Assembly (NCBI RefSeq): GCF_009914755.1
Contig: NC_060925.1
Direction: 5' to 3' (one strand)
Origin: the human T2T-CHM13v2.0 reference genome, Homo sapiens
DNA: 64,000 nucleotides
Positions 57,585-64,000 of the stretch are shown piece by piece. The position numbers and the translations under genes are program-made. Every line of letters begins with the position of its first letter. Within the stretch, counting starts at the first letter, position 1. Below the pieces are notes generated by a model. The model saw nothing but the letters and a program-made list of their open reading frames with translations, was not told the DNA's origin and searched no databases.

Positions 57585-57874
57585 TTTTGAGACAGGGTTT
57601 CACTCTGTCGCCCAGGCTGGAGTGCAGTGGCGCAATCTCAGGTCGCTGCAACCTCTGTCTCCCAGGTTCAAGGGATTCTCCTCCTTAGCCTCCTGAGTAG
57701 CTGGGATTACAGGCACCCACCATCACTAATGTATTTTTGTATTTTTGTATTTTTAGTAGAGACTGGGTTTCATCATGTTGGCCAGGCTGGTCTCGAACTC
57801 CTGACCTCAAGTGATCTGCCCACCTCAGCCTCCCAAAGTGCTGTGATTACAGGCGTGAGCCACCGCGCCCAGCC
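57541..57874 (-). mobile_element. AluS with (TTTA)n tail microsatellite
   Basis: (ttta)n at 57541-57588; TSD tgcagtgaacatt. Confidence 0.93.
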
Positions 57875-58164
57875 TGCAGTGAACATTATTAAGGATTCAC
57901 CCATGTGCTCAGCTCTGGACTAAGCACTGTGAATGTGGTTTCTGCGGAGGAAGCATGCGGGAACAGCCATCCCCTCCCGACTGGAAGAGCACACAGATGC
58001 TGGAGTGAGTGAGCCTGACCTGGGTTCAAGTCTCACCTCTGCTGCTCATCATCGGCAGGCTTGTAAAAGTTATTTCTCCTCTCTGAGCCTCCATTTCTTT
58101 CATATAGAATGGGGATCTGTGTTGCCTGCCATGAGGGTTGTTGTGAACATCCAAAGGAAATTAA

Positions 58165-59175
58165 GCAGGAGTACAATCACTTTGGAAAACTGTTTGGCAG
58201 TGTTGACTGATGCTGAACATGTGGGTACCTCAGGACCCAGCAGTCCCACTGCAGGGGACACACTCAGCAGATATGTACCCACGTGCACCAGGAAATACCT
58301 ATGAGAATGCTGATGTGTTATCTATGGACATCCTACGACCCAGCATTTCCGCTCAGCACAAATGCATACGTATTTGCACCATACGTGTCCTCTAGACACA
58401 TACGAGAATGTTCTAGCAGCATGACTCACATGGCACCAAACTGGAAGTTCCCAGTTGTGGATCAGCAGAGGAATAGATGGATAGAGGTGGTGTATTTCTT
58501 TTTCTTTCTTTTTTTTTTTTTTTGAGACAGAGTCTCGCTCTGTCTCCCAGGCTGGAGTGCAGTGGCGCGATCTGGGATCACTGCAAGCTCCGCCTCCCAG
58601 GTTCACGCCATTCTCCTGCCTTAGCCTCCTGAGTAGCTGGGACTACAGGCACCTGCCACCATGCCTGGCTAATTTTTTGTATTTTTAGTAGAGACAGGGT
58701 TTCACCGTAGCCAGGATGGTCTCAATCTCCTGACCTGGTGATCTGCTCGCCTCGGCCTCCCAAAGTGCTGGGATTACAGTCGTGAGCCACCGCACCTGGC
58801 CGAGGTGGTGTGTTTCTATAATAGCACACTACATAACAACAAGGTTGAAAACATCAACCACACGTACAGAATGGGTGGCTCTCACAAACACTCGGTGGAA
58901 AAAGCCAGACGCAGGAGGAGATTACTGATTGACCCTATTTATTTAACTTAAAAAATGGGTGAAATCAGTCTATGCTGTTAGAGGTGAGGACAGTGGTTCT
59001 TCCCGAGGGCAGGAGGGTTCATGTATCCTTAAAGGGGTCACGGGTCAGGGGCTGATGGGCGGCTGTCACATTCTGATTCTTCATCTGGGTGCCAGCTCTG
59101 CAGGTGTATTCACTGTGAAAATTCATCAAGCTGTGCTTTTTGCTCTATGTATGGTATGTTTCAATAAACAGTTTA
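58165..59175 (+). mobile_element. Old L1 (L1ME-like) 3' region interrupted by AluY
   Basis: cactttggaaaactgtttggcag...gacccagca...aaagccagac...aaaattcatcaagctgt...tcaataaa. Confidence 0.7.
58496..58801 (-). mobile_element. AluY
   Basis: Reverse AluY with TSD gaggtggtgt(a/g)tttct. Confidence 0.93.
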
Positions 59176-59268
59176 GTTACAAAATTAAGTGCAATAACGC
59201 ATGGACCACCATGGTTGGCACTGAATGTGTGCTTACCGTTATTATTTTTATTTTCTTTTTCTCCTCAG

Positions 59269-59294
59269 CACCTGAAGTGACCTGGAATCAGTGA
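59269..59294 (+). CDS. PRDM2: Coding tail (A)PEVTWNQ* used only by the exon-8-skipping, PR-domain-only PRDM2 isoform
   Basis: Exon 9 read in the phase-1 frame is open across all 144 nt and continues G|CA CCT GAA GTG ACC TGG AAT CAG TGA. 170+48+8 = 226 aa, the recalled length of a short PRDM2 isoform. Confidence 0.7.
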
Positions 59295-61156
59295 AGCCAA
59301 AGGGACTGGCAGTCTGCCCTGCAGGGAGTACCGACCTATCCCAGTTGTGTGAGGCTGCGAGAGAAAGGGAGTGCATGTGCGCGCGTGCATGTGTGCGTGC
59401 GTGTGTGTTCACGTGTTCTCGTGCGGGCGCGTGAGTGGTCTTCAAACGAGGGTCCCGAACCCCGGGGCGGCAGGAAGGGGGCCGACTCCACGCTGTCCTT
59501 TGGGATGATACTTGGATGCAGCTCTTGGGACCGTGTTCTGCAGCCCAGCCTTCCTGTTGGGGTGGGGCCTCTCCTACTATGCAATTTTTCAAGAGCTCCT
59601 TGACCCTGCTTTTTGCTTCTTGAGTTGTCTTTTGCCATTATGGGGATTTTGGTTTGACCCAGGGGTCAGCCTTAGGAAGGCCTTCAGGAGGAGGCCGAGT
59701 TCCCCTTCAGTACCACCCCTCTCTCCCCACTTTCCCTCTCCCGGCAACATCTCTGGGAATCAACAGCATATTGACACGTTGGAGCCGAGCCTGAACATGC
59801 CCCTCGGCCCCAGCACATGGAAAACCCCCTTCCTTGCCTAAGGTGTCTGAGTTTCTGGCTCTTGAGGCATTTCCAGACTTGAAATTCTCATCAGTCCATT
59901 GCTCTTGAGTCTTTGCAGAGAACCTCAGATCAGGTGCACCTGGGAGAAAGACTTTGTCCCCACTTACAGATCTATCTCCTCCCTTGGGAAGGGCAGGGAA
60001 TGGGGACGGTGTATGGAGGGGAGGGATCTCCTGCGCCCTTCATTGCCACACTTGGTGGGACCATGAACATCTTTAGTGTCTGAGCTTCTCAAATTAGCTG
60101 CAATAGGAAAAAAACAAATCGGGAAATGAAAAAAAAATGGGAAGATTAAAAAGCACAGGGGGAAGAAGAAGAGATTTCGGAGGCCATCCTGCCAGGGGCG
60201 GACGGGGCTGACTCCTGCTCTCTGGAGGACGGTCAGTCCATGTCTCGGAGAAACGGGTGAGCTGAGCTTGGCGTTTGGACCCAGTTCAGTGAGGTTCTTG
60301 GGTTTTGTGCCTTTGGGGCAGACTCCAGACAAGGATGTCTGAGACCACTTGGGCTCTGTTTTCTCAGCTCCAATTTCAAGAGTGAGCTATCAAACCCAGA
60401 GCGGAAGGAGGGAGCTCTGATGAGCACGGTTTGTCACACGATAAAGGGATTTTTTTTTTCAGGGCTACTACGGTTGATCTTGCAACTCTGTAAATATGTA
60501 TGTAGACACTTTTAAAAGCACGTATTTATGTCCCTGACTGTAAATGCTCCATTTTTAAAGTTTTATAACTTGTGTTATTTAATGAGTCAGTCAATCGGCT
60601 GCAGTACGGGATCTGATAAGGATCTAGGAGAAGGGTCTCATGCGGACCCTCACATGGGCAGAAAAATGGTGGTCATTGGCCGACATCACAGTTTTCCTGT
60701 TTCCCACCCAGCTAAAAACCGTTGTTTGCTTTAAATTTTCATAAACTGGAATCCTTTCACCCGCTCCTACAGCTAACCCTCACAAGCATGAAGTGCTGTG
60801 GCTGTTCCTTATCCTAATGATGCGCTTTTGTCCCGTAAATGTTAACACTCATGAAGCATACCCCGGCCTCTCAGTTCTTGAGGGCCTCCCCACCGCAGCA
60901 GCAAGGAAAGCTCACGAACCCCAAACCTGGCAAGTCACCTGCAGCCCATGGTGAGCTCTGGGAAGTGTGGTTGAGGCCTTGGGGTCACTCCTTTTTTGCA
61001 TGTGCAAATGTGCTGGTCACCCTTCAACGCTCCCAGACGGTCAGGAAAACTGTTCCAATCATGAAAAGGGGGGATGATTTTGTAAAAGTGGCATTTCCTG
61101 GTCAGTGGTGGTCTTCAAGACGACAGCTCTGTATCTGCCATGTGAAGAGAATTAAC

Positions 61157-61162
61157 AATAAA
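61157..61162 (+). terminator. Polyadenylation signal of the distal last exon
   Basis: AATAAA with downstream tggtttctgtgctctgtcttctgtgttggtggtttttgg element. Confidence 0.85.
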
Positions 61163-61424
61163 AGTGTGAAGAGCGATTGTGAGGAACAAGCCTGGGAGTG
61201 ATCATTCTGGTTTCTGTGCTCTGTCTTCTGTGTTGGTGGTTTTGGTGGGAGGGCGGTGGGGGTCCCTGAATGCTCCCTCCCAGCGACGGGAGGAACCAAG
61301 GGCTCAAGGAAGCTCACTCTGGAAACGTCCCATCTGGTAAGTAAGGCTACTCTGCCACCTGCCAGCCAGTGAGTTGAACCACATCACTAAGACCAGAAAG
61401 ACCTCTTTTGATTGCAAATATATT

Positions 61425-62450
<1,026 letters not shown>

Positions 62451-62709
62451 ATGTAAATGAATTCTTTGAAGGAACAACCATCCCTCTGATCACAAATCCT
62501 GGCAGAGTTAGGTGTCAGAGTCCCAAGAGGATGGGGATGGGCACAGGGGGATTCTGATGGGAAGTGAAAGACGTGTATTCTTGGGTTTGGGTGGAAGGAG
62601 ACCCCAAAATGGTCTTTGTCCACATCCAAATATTGCAGAAAAGTAGGAGGAAGAACCCAAAGTTCTAGCTTTTCATTTAAACACTTCCTCTAAAAGGGAG
62701 AAGCGATGA

Positions 62710-63191
62710 TGTGTTAGAGTTCTCCAGAGAAACAGAACCAGAAGGATATATATATCTACATATATATATGTAGATATATGATTTATTATGATGAATTGGC
62801 TCACATGATTGTGAAGGCTGAGAAATCCCAAGATCTGCTGTCTGTAAGCTGGAGACCCAGGAAAGCCAGTGGTTTGATTGAGTCCAAGTCCAAAGGTCTG
62901 AGAGCCAGGGGTGTTGACATAAATCCCAGTCTGAGAGCAGGAGAAGATATGAGACGTCCCAGCTCAACAGTCGGGGACGGGAAAAGGGGCAAATTACTCC
63001 TTCCACCTTTTGCTCTATCCAGGTCCTTAATGGATTGGACGATGCCACCCATAGTGAGGAGGGCCATCTACTGAGTCCGCAGACTCAAATGTGAATCTCA
63101 TCTGGAAACACCCTCACAGATACACCCAGAAATAACGTTTAATCTGGGTATCCTGGGGTCAACTCAAGTTGACACATACAATTAACCATCC
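62710..63191 (-). mobile_element. ERVL solo LTR (MLT2B-like)
   Basis: gttctccagagaaacagaacca...gaattggctcacatgattgtgaaggctg...caccctcacagatacacccagaaataa...aattaaccatc. Confidence 0.88.
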
Positions 63192-63849
63192 GCTCTTTGG
63201 AGGACAGTTATCTAGAAAGTAAACAAAGTAGACTCCCAGTGAGGTGAAATCCATGCATTCAACTCATCAACACTGGCTGGTCCCCTAGTCTGGGCAGACA
63301 GAGATGAATTTCACACAGGCCTTGCTAATGGGGGACTCACAGGGGGTGGTGATGGCTGGGGGAGGTGGGGAGAGTAGATGGAGGAGAAAGTGAACAATTT
63401 CAGGGAATGAAGAGTGTGGAGGCCAATCCTGGGTGCATTGAGAGCATAGCAGTGGGACCTCAAATCCAGCCTGGGGCATCCGGGAAAGCTTCCTGGAGGA
63501 GGAGGGGACACAGGGGACTCTTGCAGATCCCAATGAGGTCTCCCCACCTAACCTCCGCATTAGGCTTTAGAAAGATTCATGAAGGGAAGAGAGGTCTTCT
63601 TAGTATTGCAAGTAGCCTGGAATCAAAATGAAAATGACATCCATCAGTGGACTACTTTTCAGCTTCATCAGATATTCCCACACATAATTCCATCCCATTC
63701 TTCCAACGGGCTTTAAGGTGGGCAGGGCAGGTCTAATGTCTGTTCTGCACTGATGTAGCTCAGTGAACTGGGTGACTCTTCCAGGTCACACCTACTCAGC
63801 ATCAACCTGGACCCAAGCCAGCCCTTGCCTCCAAGACCATACAGGCACC

Positions 63850-64000
63850 CTTTACTGAGCATTGTGATGTGCCAGGTATTTTCTCCACATCCCCTCTCAT
63901 CTCACAACCCAGCAGTATGAGTATCTCAATAGCTGTTTCATAGATGAAAAATGTGAGGCTCAGAGACATTCGATGATTTGGCCAGGGTCACATAGCTGGT
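63850..64000 (-). mobile_element. MIR
   Basis: tttactgagc...tgtgccagg...agatgaaaaatgtgaggctcagaga...ccagggtcacatagct. Confidence 0.75.

Larger units (their letters stand above)
59269..61188 (+). other. PRDM2: PRDM2 distal last exon (3' UTR of full-length RIZ1; end approximate)
   Basis: Strong acceptor ttttcttttttctcctcAG ends at 59268. No recognisable repeats in the exon. AATAAA at 61157 is followed by a GU/U-rich downstream element at about 61208-61250. Confidence 0.88.

Overview
Human genomic DNA (Alu/L1/L2/MIR/MER-rich) containing the 3' part of PRDM2 (RIZ1/RIZ2, PR/SET-domain zinc-finger gene, 1p36) on the + strand. The window starts inside the intron after the PR-domain exons. It contains exon 7 (9183-9293, includes the RIZ2 start Met) and the giant exon 8 (14522-18938: acidic region, Rb-binding IRCDE, CtBP PLDLS motif, C2H2 fingers, MSI-prone A8/A9 tracts, Pro704-insertion allele). 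It also contains a proximal alternative last exon (22622-~24190, C-terminus ...DFRNFL*), exon 9 (52536-52679, C-terminus ...GPFFKE*) and the distal last exon (59269-~61188). Nearly all other ORFs in the track are repeat-derived or antisense shadows. The most interesting signals concern isoform control: a 56-nt cassette exon that would poison RIZ1 while creating a uORF for RIZ2; an A-rich exon 7 acceptor paired with an upstream decoy acceptor/terminal exon; dual-frame use of exon 9; inverted AluY pairs around exons 7-8; co-oriented CTCF motifs between the two last exons; and an old local duplication bracketing exon 9. Exon numbering, isoform lengths and repeat subfamilies come from recall and were not checked against a database. 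Boundaries of old repeats are approximate.
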